Assembly (NCBI GenBank): GCA_963793425.1
Contig: CAWCAG010000005.1
Location: 1,856,001 to 1,920,000 of the forward strand
DNA length: 64,000 bases
Reading direction: 5' to 3'
Source of the DNA: an uncultured cyanobacterium
Lineage (GTDB): Bacteria; Cyanobacteriota; Cyanobacteriia; Cyanobacteriales; CAWCAG01
In this document: positions 9,333 to 17,570 of the stretch, one piece after another
Position numbering within the stretch: position 1 is the first letter of the stretch
Layout: each line of letters starts with the position of its first letter
The notes under the pieces: generated by a model
What the model was told of the DNA's origin: nothing
The model's input: the letters and a program-made list of their open reading frames with translations, nothing else
Databases searched by the model: none
Translations under genes and position numbers: made by a program

Positions 9333-10547
9333 ATGTCTCTTCTAAACAACGCTATCGAGTCAATACAGGTAGGCGTAGAAGATTATCTTAATGGCGACAA
9401 AAAGAGATATCTATCTGCTGTAAGAAATATTTGTGCGGGGATTCTCCTTTTGTACAAAGAGAAGTTGTATCGGCTGTCTCCCTCACATGACAAGGAAGTT
9501 TTGATAAAAAAAGATATAAGACCAGTTTATGATGATGATACAAAGAATATCACTTTCATAGGTAAGGGGAAAAAAACAGTAGATGTTTACGAAATAAAAG
9601 AAAGATTTAAAAGCTTAGACATTGAAGTTGATTGGAAAAAGTTTGAGGAGCTAAATAAACTTCGCAACAATATAGAGCATTACTATACAGATAAATCCCC
9701 TGAAGCTATTCGAGAGGTCATTGTTACATCATTTCTTCTGATTCGAGATTTCATTAGTGAATCCTTAAAAGAAGAACCTATTAACGTTCTTGGAAAGGAA
9801 TGCTGGCAGGCATTGTTAGACACAACGAATGTATATCAGACAGAAGAAAAAGCTTGCAGACAAACATTTGAGAAATGTGGTTTTGATCCCCAGGTATTAG
9901 AGCAGATTCTAGAAAAAGCGAGGTGTCCGTTCTGTCATTCACGTTTGATTAAGGCTCAAAATAAACATAACACTTTTCACTCGTTGATTTGTTGCTCATG
10001 TAATGGGCCTCTTGAAATTGAAAATCCTATTAACGTTCTTGGAAAGGACTGCTGGCAGGCATCGTTAAACACACCAAATGTATATCAGACAGAAGAGAAA
10101 ACTTGCAGACAAACATTTGAGAAATGTGGTTTTGATCCCCAGGTATTAGAGCAGATTCTAGAAAAAATGGAGTGTTCGTTTTGTGGTTCACATTTGATTA
10201 AGGCTGAAGATGAATATGACGCTTTTAATTCGTTGATTTGTTGCTCATGTGATAAGCCTCTTGAAATTAAGGATGCAATAGAAGAAGAAACGCTGTCATA
10301 TGATGACTCCGAAACTGAAGGGAGTTTGGCATCCTGCAATAGTTGTAAAAGTACAGACTCTGTAGTAAAGCTAGACGACAAATGGATTTGTCTTTCCTGC
10401 AATACAATTCATGATGAAGCAGGGCCTTGCGGATACTGCCATGAGTTCATTGCAGGAGACTTGGAAGATACGTATTTGTCAGGTTGCCTAATGTGTGACG
10501 GACAGATGGGACACTACATGAATTCAAGTGCATACCGTGATGGCTGA
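9333..10547 (+). CDS. HEPN-like helical domain plus multiple Zn-ribbon protein with an internal duplication
   Basis: RNNIEH (Rx4H) in a helical N-domain; eight CxxC pairs in the C-terminal half. Confidence 0.65.
   Translation: MSLLNNAIESIQVGVEDYLNGDKKRYLSAVRNICAGILLLYKEKLYRLSPSHDKEVLIKKDIRPVYDDDTKNITFIGKGKKTVDVYEIKERFKSLDIEVDWKKFEELNKLRNNIEHYYTDKSPEAIREVIVTSFLLIRDFISESLKEEPINVLGKECWQALLDTTNVYQTEEKACRQTFEKCGFDPQVLEQILEKARCPFCHSRLIKAQNKHNTFHSLICCSCNGPLEIENPINVLGKDCWQASLNTPNVYQTEEKTCRQTFEKCGFDPQVLEQILEKMECSFCGSHLIKAEDEYDAFNSLICCSCDKPLEIKDAIEEETLSYDDSETEGSLASCNSCKSTDSVVKLDDKWICLSCNTIHDEAGPCGYCHEFIAGDLEDTYLSGCLMCDGQMGHYMNSSAYRDG
9777..10269 (+). repeat. Intragenic tandem duplication, 249-bp period
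   Basis: cctattaacgttcttggaaagga... starts at both 9777 and 10026, with long identical stretches. Confidence 0.95.
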
Positions 10548-10622
10548 GATATTTGCAGCAGATGTAGCACAATTATAAGGTACATCAAGTGTGAGTTTTC
10601 TGGAATCGCAAAAATATTCGGC

Positions 10623-11069
10623 ATGAAAGTAGTTTTATCATCTAAAACGCCTGTCTTTGCTGTAAGACTCAATAATGAATATCGCGCTGGATTAGAACTA
10701 GAAAGTAGACGCTACATTCATAATTTCTCATTTAAGACGCTGCTAGATGCAGTGGATTTTGCTTTCAAGATATTGGAAGTGGGAAAAGTAGATTTGCGGT
10801 ATTGGGAAATAGCTGATAAATACGATTTGTGGAATCAATTTTTAATTCGTGATTATGGTAAAAAAGATCGAAATTGTAAAGCGCATATTTGGGATGGACT
10901 TGATACATTGTGCAAAATGTGGAGTACTGGTGGTCTTGGATACAAATATGATCTTTTCAAGACTGATTTAAACAGAGATATTTGTAATATGTGCTTTAAC
11001 AAATTGAGGCGGAAGTCAGCAAAACTATTTAAACTAAAGGAGTCAAATCATGAATACAGCCAAAATTAG
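10623..11069 (+). CDS. Hypothetical protein with a possible C-terminal metal-binding motif
   Basis: 148-aa ORF; C-terminal C.AH.W...DTLC.MWSTGG...ICNMC. Confidence 0.55.
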   Translation: MKVVLSSKTPVFAVRLNNEYRAGLELESRRYIHNFSFKTLLDAVDFAFKILEVGKVDLRYWEIADKYDLWNQFLIRDYGKKDRNCKAHIWDGLDTLCKMWSTGGLGYKYDLFKTDLNRDICNMCFNKLRRKSAKLFKLKESNHEYSQN

Positions 11070-11151
11070 CACTGATGGCAACCATCAAATCGTCATATTA
11101 CCCATGGATCAATTAGAAGCGATTTTTAAGACAATTAATTCCCCAATTTGA
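11050..11151 (+). pseudogene. AbrB/VapB-like antitoxin N-terminal fragment
   Basis: MNTAKISTDGNHQIVILP resembles the VapB/VagC start (MxTAKLFxxGxSQAVRLP), then diverges and stops after 33 aa. Confidence 0.6.
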
Positions 11152-11166
11152 GGAAGAAAAACTAAA

Positions 11167-12705
11167 TCACACTAATCCCAAACGCTTCAGCAACGGTAAA
11201 CGAGTCTTGCCAAATTCTTCAATCTGCTCTTTTAACTCCGCCTGATTTGCCTCTGGAGAATCGAGAGGTTTACCCTCTTTAATCAACCTTTCTCCTTGAA
11301 CCTGCAAAATATTCCAGATAAACTGTACCGGCTCTCCCTTACGCAAATGTGCCAGCAACAGCAGTTGCTCGGAGCGACTAATATCGATACCACTTCCTGT
11401 TGTTGGTGAGGCGAGAATTTGTGTATCTGCCCCAAACCTAGCCCGCTTCAGGACAGCAGCATTAAACTTAGCAACAGACTCTTTGCGCTCATCCTCCCCT
11501 TCCTCTGGCAAAGCAGGAGCAGCACTATAATTAGTTATTAGTATTTTCAGTGCTTGCACAATAGAAGCAAAATCTAGCTTTGTTAAAGCAGGTTGCCTCA
11601 TCAGCTCTCTGAGGGTTTGGGGGCGCTCTGCTAATGCAGCAATTAGAGGTTGATAGATTTTTTCATCTAGCTTAATCTGGCGACCAACTAGGTCGATTTC
11701 ATATTCAATATCCTCTGGCTCTACAACTAGAGCAAAGCGAAAATTACTCAGCAGTTCAACTTGTTCTAAAGCTGGTAGTTTAATTGGCCCTTTAATATAA
11801 AGGTCTCTACGAAAGCGAGTATTAAACAAAAAGTCACGGATAGTTTGACGCAGGGTTATATCTGTTGTCTCTGCCAAGAGATTTAACTGACCTTCATTAA
11901 GTTTGAGATCATGAAATTGATCATCAATATCTGCTGAGGTAGCAAAGGTAAGTTTAGCCTCAGCCAGTTGCTGGGCCACTTCAAAATGGTATAAAGGTCG
12001 CCAATTATTGTTGAAGTATTCATGGGCCAGGTAATTTCGGGAATCTCCCTGCATCTCTTTTAAATCTTGCTTAACCACAGGATTTTCCAGGAAGTATCTG
12101 GCTTTGAGGGCTTGAAGTTGCTTAGCAAATTCTAGTCCTTTTTCTACCTTCTCAATACTTGAATCACTGGTGCTACCTGCATATTGAACCATAAGCTCCC
12201 TTAAAGGCATGATCGCTGACCAACCCGGCAAGGTGTTGTGGCTGAGATAAACAGCACCTCCAAATTTTAATTTTTGTCGGAGTAAGTCAACCAGAGTACG
12301 TCGATTATCATCATTAATCCAGGAATACACGCCATGTAAGGTGATGAAGTCAAATTGAGGTGTATTTGCTTGGAGAAACTCGGCAAAACTATGATCACAG
12401 AAGTGGATATTCTTGAGGTTAGCAGCTTCAGCGAGACGCTGTGCCTCTGCTGTATGGGTGGGGTTGAAGTCGATGCCCCAGAATTCACTCTGGGGGTTAG
12501 CAGCCGCCAGAACATTTGTTGTGAACCCTTGGCCACAGCCTAACTCACAGTAAGTAATTTTTTCTAGGGATGGATTCCAAAACCGACTATCTAGAAGGTT
12601 GAAAGCGATGTTAATGGGTGCGAGTTCGGGAAAAAAACTATAATCATAGCTGATATCAGAAACGTAACCCTGAGTCCAATCTTCCATTTCTTGTATCAAT
12701 CCCAA
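11167..12705 (-). CDS. Class I SAM-dependent methyltransferase with methyltransferase regulatory domain
   Basis: ELGCGQG, GIDFNP, FDFITLHGVYSW, YLAHEY and FRRDLY motifs. Likely start is the ATG at 12687. Confidence 0.9.
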   Translation of the reverse strand: MGLIQEMEDWTQGYVSDISYDYSFFPELAPINIAFNLLDSRFWNPSLEKITYCELGCGQGFTTNVLAAANPQSEFWGIDFNPTHTAEAQRLAEAANLKNIHFCDHSFAEFLQANTPQFDFITLHGVYSWINDDNRRTLVDLLRQKLKFGGAVYLSHNTLPGWSAIMPLRELMVQYAGSTSDSSIEKVEKGLEFAKQLQALKARYFLENPVVKQDLKEMQGDSRNYLAHEYFNNNWRPLYHFEVAQQLAEAKLTFATSADIDDQFHDLKLNEGQLNLLAETTDITLRQTIRDFLFNTRFRRDLYIKGPIKLPALEQVELLSNFRFALVVEPEDIEYEIDLVGRQIKLDEKIYQPLIAALAERPQTLRELMRQPALTKLDFASIVQALKILITNYSAAPALPEEGEDERKESVAKFNAAVLKRARFGADTQILASPTTGSGIDISRSEQLLLLAHLRKGEPVQFIWNILQVQGERLIKEGKPLDSPEANQAELKEQIEEFGKTRLPLLKRLGLV

Positions 12706-12765
12706 CCAGTACCATACAAATCAAGTTTACGATGCTGCCCCCAACTGTACTCGCAAAAAAACTGA

Positions 12766-14238
12766 TCATTGATCATTGTTCATTGAAATAGCTGGCTTGC
12801 TAAAATGCCAATCAGTACATTGCTCATAGGCATAAGCAACTTGCAGTAATAAATCTTCTCGCAGCACTTTACCAATAAATTGCATCCCTATGGGTAATCC
12901 CCGTTGATCAAAGCCACAAGGTATGCTGAGGGCTGGTAAGCCAGCTAAATTGACAGGAATGGTCATTAAATCCGAAGCATACATACTTAAAGGATCGGTG
13001 GTTTTTTCCCCAGCTTTAAAGGCGGTGGTGGGGGAAGTAGGGCAAACTAAAACATCAACTTTTTCAAAAGCTGCTTCAAAATCTTGCTTGATTAAAGTAC
13101 GAACTTTTTGCGCCTTAAGATAATAAGCATCGTAATAACCAGCGGAAAGGGCATAGGTTCCGAGCATTATTCGCCGTTTAACTTCTGTCCCAAATCCTTC
13201 CGCCCTAGTTTTGGTATACATATCAAGGAGATTATCAGCATCGCTGCGTATGCCATATTTAACAGCGTCGTAGCGGGCTAAGTTAGCAGAAGCTTCACTA
13301 GGGGCAATAATATAGTAAGCTGGCAAGCCGTAACGAAAACGAGGACAGGAAATTACTTGAATTTCTGCTCCTAATTCTTGCAACTTTTCAATGGCAGTTT
13401 TGACAGCTTCTTCTACGTCTGAATCTACGGCGCTACCAAAGGTTTCTTTAATTACGCCAATTCTCAATCTTCCTTTGGGCTGAAAGTTAGGTTTGAGTAA
13501 ATTGCTATAGTCGGGAATTTCCACCTTCAAACTAGTGGAGTCCATAGGATCGTAACCGGCGATCGCCCTCAACAAAATAGCAGCATCATCAACGCAGGTG
13601 GCTAAAGGGCCAATCTGATCCAAAGAAGAAGCATAGGCAACTAAACCGTAACGGGAAACTAAACCATAGGTAGGCTTCATACCAATTACCCCACACAAGG
13701 AGGCTGGCTGGCGAATGGAGCCTCCTGTATCAGAGCCAAGGGCTACCACACATTCTTGTGCCGCTACCGCTGCTGCTGAGCCTCCTGAAGAGCCTCCTGG
13801 TACTCGTGATAAATCCCAAGGATTGCTAGTAGTTTGGTAGCCAGAGTTTTCTGTGGAACTACCCATGGCAAATTCATCTAAGTTGGTTTTGCCCACCATA
13901 ACAGCCCCCGCATTCTTTAATTTTCGGGTAACTGTTGATTCGTAAGCAGGGACAAAGTTTTTTAAGATTTGGGAAGCGCAGGTAGTCGGAATACCTTGGG
14001 TACACATATTGTCCTTGATCCCAATAGGAATTCCTGCTAGTAAGCTGATTTCTTCCCCAGCAGCAATTTTTGCATCCACTTGTTTGGCCGTTTCCAGGGC
14101 TAAATCTGCTGTTATGCACAAAAAGCTTTGGAGTTTTGGTTCTATTTCCTGTATATACTCCAATGTTTCTGTGGTAACTTCAACTGCTGAGCGTTCTTTA
14201 CGAACCAGTTGTTTGTGCAACTCGCGAATGGATGCCAT
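12766..14238 (-). CDS. gatA: Asp/Glu-tRNA amidotransferase subunit A
   Basis: Amidase signature [22 protein letters not shown] and [19 protein letters not shown]. Confidence 0.98.
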   Translation of the reverse strand: MASIRELHKQLVRKERSAVEVTTETLEYIQEIEPKLQSFLCITADLALETAKQVDAKIAAGEEISLLAGIPIGIKDNMCTQGIPTTCASQILKNFVPAYESTVTRKLKNAGAVMVGKTNLDEFAMGSSTENSGYQTTSNPWDLSRVPGGSSGGSAAAVAAQECVVALGSDTGGSIRQPASLCGVIGMKPTYGLVSRYGLVAYASSLDQIGPLATCVDDAAILLRAIAGYDPMDSTSLKVEIPDYSNLLKPNFQPKGRLRIGVIKETFGSAVDSDVEEAVKTAIEKLQELGAEIQVISCPRFRYGLPAYYIIAPSEASANLARYDAVKYGIRSDADNLLDMYTKTRAEGFGTEVKRRIMLGTYALSAGYYDAYYLKAQKVRTLIKQDFEAAFEKVDVLVCPTSPTTAFKAGEKTTDPLSMYASDLMTIPVNLAGLPALSIPCGFDQRGLPIGMQFIGKVLREDLLLQVAYAYEQCTDWHFSKPAISMNNDQ

Positions 14239-14304
14239 GCTTATTCCTTGCTTGTTCCTTTTAAAAGAATATCTAAAATCCGGCTAAATATTCATGATAT
14301 TAGG

Positions 14305-14397
14305 TCAAGGGTTAGTTATTGTCTGCCCTCTGAGAGGAAAACGACTTAACCCTTGAAAATAAAAGCTTTCCCATCTAGTAAAAATGAGAAAGCTTTT
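14305..14397 (-). terminator. Two hairpins downstream of tRNA-Pro, candidate terminator
   Basis: TCAAGGGTTA/TAACCCTTGA (14305-14356) and AAAAGCTTTC/GAAAGCTTTT (about 14361-14397). Confidence 0.45.
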
Positions 14398-14427
14398 TTA
14401 GGGTATTTTTTCCCGATTTGTTATAAG

Positions 14428-14501
14428 TCGGAGCGGCGGGATTTGAACCCACGACCCCCACTACCCCAAAGTGGTGCGCTACCAAGCTGCGCTACGCCCC
14501 G
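14428..14501 (-). tRNA. trnP: tRNA-Pro(GGG)
   Basis: Reverse complement CGGGGCGTAGCGCAGCTTGGTAGCGCACCACTTTGGGGTAGTGGGGGTCGTGGGTTCAAATCCCGCCGCTCCGA folds as a cloverleaf, anticodon GGG, no encoded CCA. Confidence 0.97.
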
Positions 14502-14587
14502 TTTTTCTAGTCCTTTGTTATTGTAGCACGAGAGATTAAACTAGCAATTATTCTAGGTTGAAAAAATCTTTATATGAGTAGAAAATT

Positions 14588-15100
14588 ATGGAAGAGCAAT
14601 TTACTTGGGAAGCTAACAGCAATGACCCTCAAGGGGCAGAAAATTTTGCTACTATTAGCCAATGGTGGGAAAGCTTAGGAGAGATTGCCTGGGCCCAAAG
14701 ATTAATCCCGGAAAGTGGCAGTCTGAGTGATATCAATTGGGAAAAACAGAAGTTTGATGAAAAGTTAACTATTGAAAATCCTCAAGTTCGTGGTATTACT
14801 TTGTATTGGCGCAAATCTGGTGCTGAAGATGAGCGCAATATGACTCCCCGCCAGCTGACTTTTGACCCCAAAAATCAGAAACTTTATGTCTATCCACAAT
14901 CTCAACCTCAAATTGTGATCCGCATCGCTAATCCTCAGCTTATTTATCAAAAAATTGAACTAAAAGATCCCCAATTTGTGGGGGATAAAGTGGGAGAGAA
15001 TTTTGTTTTTTTGATGCGAGATAAAAAACAGCAACTGGATATTAAAGTTACCCTCACGCCGATGGCTTTAGAGCAGTTCAAGTCTAATTTACCCGACTAA
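14588..15100 (+). CDS. Conserved cyanobacterial hypothetical protein
   Basis: 170-aa ORF with host-like codon usage; no motif recognised. Confidence 0.7.
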   Translation: MEEQFTWEANSNDPQGAENFATISQWWESLGEIAWAQRLIPESGSLSDINWEKQKFDEKLTIENPQVRGITLYWRKSGAEDERNMTPRQLTFDPKNQKLYVYPQSQPQIVIRIANPQLIYQKIELKDPQFVGDKVGENFVFLMRDKKQQLDIKVTLTPMALEQFKSNLPD

Positions 15101-15104
15101 TTAT

Positions 15105-15599
15105 TTAGTTTGGGAGACTAAACTGCTGTACTTTTTCTACTTCTGTGCGGACATCAGCAATAGGAACCAGTCTTCCTAGGGTAGTATAAAAACTGTTACC
15201 AGTTTTGGTAGTGGTTGCTCTTTCCGGGAAGCGGGTAATGTTAGCAACAAACCAATCTCTTGTTGTCGGCATAGGTAGCAGGTAAAGAGTGCCAGGAATA
15301 ACGAAGTAGTAAAAAATCCAGTCGGCTTCAGTATAAAGAAAGCAGCCGGGAGTTTCTTTTTCCTGGTTACTGTGGGTTTCAAAGAAAAAGTTGCCTGTTT
15401 TATGGTAGCGATCGCCTTTTATCTCAATTTTGTAGGAACCTTTTTTTGTATTTAGGATTAAATCCACATCTACTTTTTGATACAGAGGATCATCTTCTAC
15501 ATTAACGACACTAAGAGTTTGAGAGATACTCCGCAGCCAGGTTTCAATGTCTCTGGTTGCTTGTCTGGCAACTTTTGCACCATCGCTCATACTGTACAT
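15105..15599 (-). CDS. Hypothetical protein, probable PD-(D/E)XK nuclease fold
   Basis: VDLIL...KIEIKGD (D..ExK) followed by TGNFFFE. Confidence 0.65.
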   Translation of the reverse strand: MYSMSDGAKVARQATRDIETWLRSISQTLSVVNVEDDPLYQKVDVDLILNTKKGSYKIEIKGDRYHKTGNFFFETHSNQEKETPGCFLYTEADWIFYYFVIPGTLYLLPMPTTRDWFVANITRFPERATTTKTGNSFYTTLGRLVPIADVRTEVEKVQQFSLPN

Positions 15600-15672
15600 A
15601 AGTTTACTCCTAAGAAAAGGGATATAATCAAAATTCTTGGGCAGTTATTAAGTAGTAAACTTCAAAATTAAC

Positions 15673-16677
15673 ATGGCTAAAAAGCGAGTATTTTCTGGCA
15701 TTCAACCTACCGGAAACCCCCATTTAGGTAACTATTTTGGAGCAATTCGTAATTGGGTTGAATTACAGAGTGATTATGAAAACTTTTTTAGTGTGGTGGA
15801 TTTACACGCGATTACTGTCCCCCATGATCCTAAACGTCTGGCAGAAGATACATTAGATATTGCTGCTATTTGTCTTGCTTGTGGCATTGATCTTTCTTGT
15901 TCAACCTTTTTTATTCAATCTCAAGTTTCTGCCCATAGTGAGTTAACTTGGTTACTTAATTGCATTACTCCCCTTAACTGGTTAGAAAGAATGATTCAGT
16001 TTAAGGAAAAAGCCCTTAAGCAAGGAGAAAATGTTAGCGTCGGTTTGTTAGATTATCCGGTGCTGATGGCGGCAGATATTTTACTTTACGATACAGATAA
16101 AGTACCTGTAGGCGAAGATCAAAAACAGCATTTAGAATTAACTCGTGACATTGCCATTAGAATTAATGATCGTTTTGGTAAGAAGAAGAAACCGATTTTA
16201 AAACTTCCTGAATCTTTAATTCGTAAAGAAGGGGCGAGGATCATGAGTTTAAGCGATGGTACGAAGAAGATGTCTAAATCTGATCCTTCAGATTTGAGTC
16301 GCATCAACCTTCTTGATCCCCCGGAAGTAATTACTAAAAAAATTAAACGCTCAAAAACTGACCCCATTAAAGGTTTAACTTTTGATAATTCTGAAAGACC
16401 AGAATGCCACAATCTTTTAACTCTTTATACCCTACTTTCGGGGCAAACTAAAGAAGCGGTAGCCGCAGAAGCTGAAGGTATGGGTTGGGGGCAATTTAAA
16501 CCTCTATTAACAGAGGCTGCGATCGCAACTTTACAACCAATCCAAACAAAGTATGGAGAGATTAAGCAAGAGAAAGGTTATTTGCAATCTATTTTACAAG
16601 AAGGACAACAAAAAGCAGAAACAGTAGCACAAGCAACTCTTATTCGAGTCAAGGAAGCTTTAGGTTTTGCTTGTTAA
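15673..16677 (+). CDS. trpS: Tryptophan--tRNA ligase
   Basis: SGIQPTG.PHLGNY, VPVGEDQKQHLE and KMSKS. Confidence 0.98.
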   Translation: MAKKRVFSGIQPTGNPHLGNYFGAIRNWVELQSDYENFFSVVDLHAITVPHDPKRLAEDTLDIAAICLACGIDLSCSTFFIQSQVSAHSELTWLLNCITPLNWLERMIQFKEKALKQGENVSVGLLDYPVLMAADILLYDTDKVPVGEDQKQHLELTRDIAIRINDRFGKKKKPILKLPESLIRKEGARIMSLSDGTKKMSKSDPSDLSRINLLDPPEVITKKIKRSKTDPIKGLTFDNSERPECHNLLTLYTLLSGQTKEAVAAEAEGMGWGQFKPLLTEAAIATLQPIQTKYGEIKQEKGYLQSILQEGQQKAETVAQATLIRVKEALGFAC

Positions 16678-16697
16678 ATTCCCTGCGAGGCTAATGT

Positions 16698-17321
16698 TCA
16701 ACGATTTTCCGCTACTTCTTTCAATTTCAGATAAAACTCTGAAGCATCGGGAGATGGGTTAAATTGATCGATAGGACTTGGAGAGGTTTCTTCTTGGGGA
16801 GATGTTTCTATGGTTAGAGAAGAAGGCACTTTGATTTGTTCTTCTTCAGTTAGTTGTTTAATCTCAACATTAGGAGATATAACCGCTTTCTGTCTATTTC
16901 CGTTAGATTTAATTACTGCTTTGGTAGTTGATTTTGGTTTGGAGGCAGGAGAATAAGTCCTGGGCTGGCTTTTTTCACTAACCAAACAAGTAATAGCCCC
17001 CAACTTCCCTTGGTTAGATCCCGGAGTAGCAACTAAATCTCTGGGCAACTTACGACAAATTAAGGCTTCAAATTCATGGTTGAAATGGTAGGTAGCTTGG
17101 CCTTTACGTTGCCACAGTTGTAAAATTTGCTCAACAGAAATAGATTTGTAGCGTCCTTGGTATAAAGATTCTATAACAGCTAAACGTATCCAACTCCCTT
17201 GATATTTTTCTCGCCATTGTTTGACTAAATCCTGTGCTGGATATCCTCTCATCTCAAACCCGTAGTGGCTAAGTAAAGCCTCTGCTTGGGTAAGTTTTGA
17301 GTCTATTTGTGGCTCTGTCAT
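16698..17321 (-). CDS. Conserved cyanobacterial hypothetical protein
   Basis: WIRLAVIESLYQGRYKSISVEQIL..W.R.G...HF..EFE N-domain, low-complexity tail, FYLKLK end. Confidence 0.8.
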   Translation of the reverse strand: MTEPQIDSKLTQAEALLSHYGFEMRGYPAQDLVKQWREKYQGSWIRLAVIESLYQGRYKSISVEQILQLWQRKGQATYHFNHEFEALICRKLPRDLVATPGSNQGKLGAITCLVSEKSQPRTYSPASKPKSTTKAVIKSNGNRQKAVISPNVEIKQLTEEEQIKVPSSLTIETSPQEETSPSPIDQFNPSPDASEFYLKLKEVAENR

Positions 17322-17570
17322 GAAATTTCACTTAGGATACCAAGTTGGGAATTAGTGAGGTGTGAAGAAGATAGTTTTTTTATATCCCGCGTCCTTACTA
17401 TTGTCAATATTGAGGAAAAGTGCTAGCAATGTCTAAAGTTATTAAGTGAATACGCTTTAAGATGAGTAACTTTAAATTAAATACGATAACGAGGAAGATA
17501 GTTTCCGAGATTCTCTCAGTGGAGAGCTAACATCTTATCCTAATCTCTGCCCCTTTCCCTCTTCACTAAG

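Noticed and set aside
9777..10269. 249-bp duplication as a DGR template/variable pair
   Set aside because: Copies are tandem and in frame, and differences are not restricted to adenines.
14428..14501. tRNA-Pro as an integration site for the island
   Set aside because: gatA lies between the tRNA and the island; no duplicated tRNA 3' end or integrase seen.
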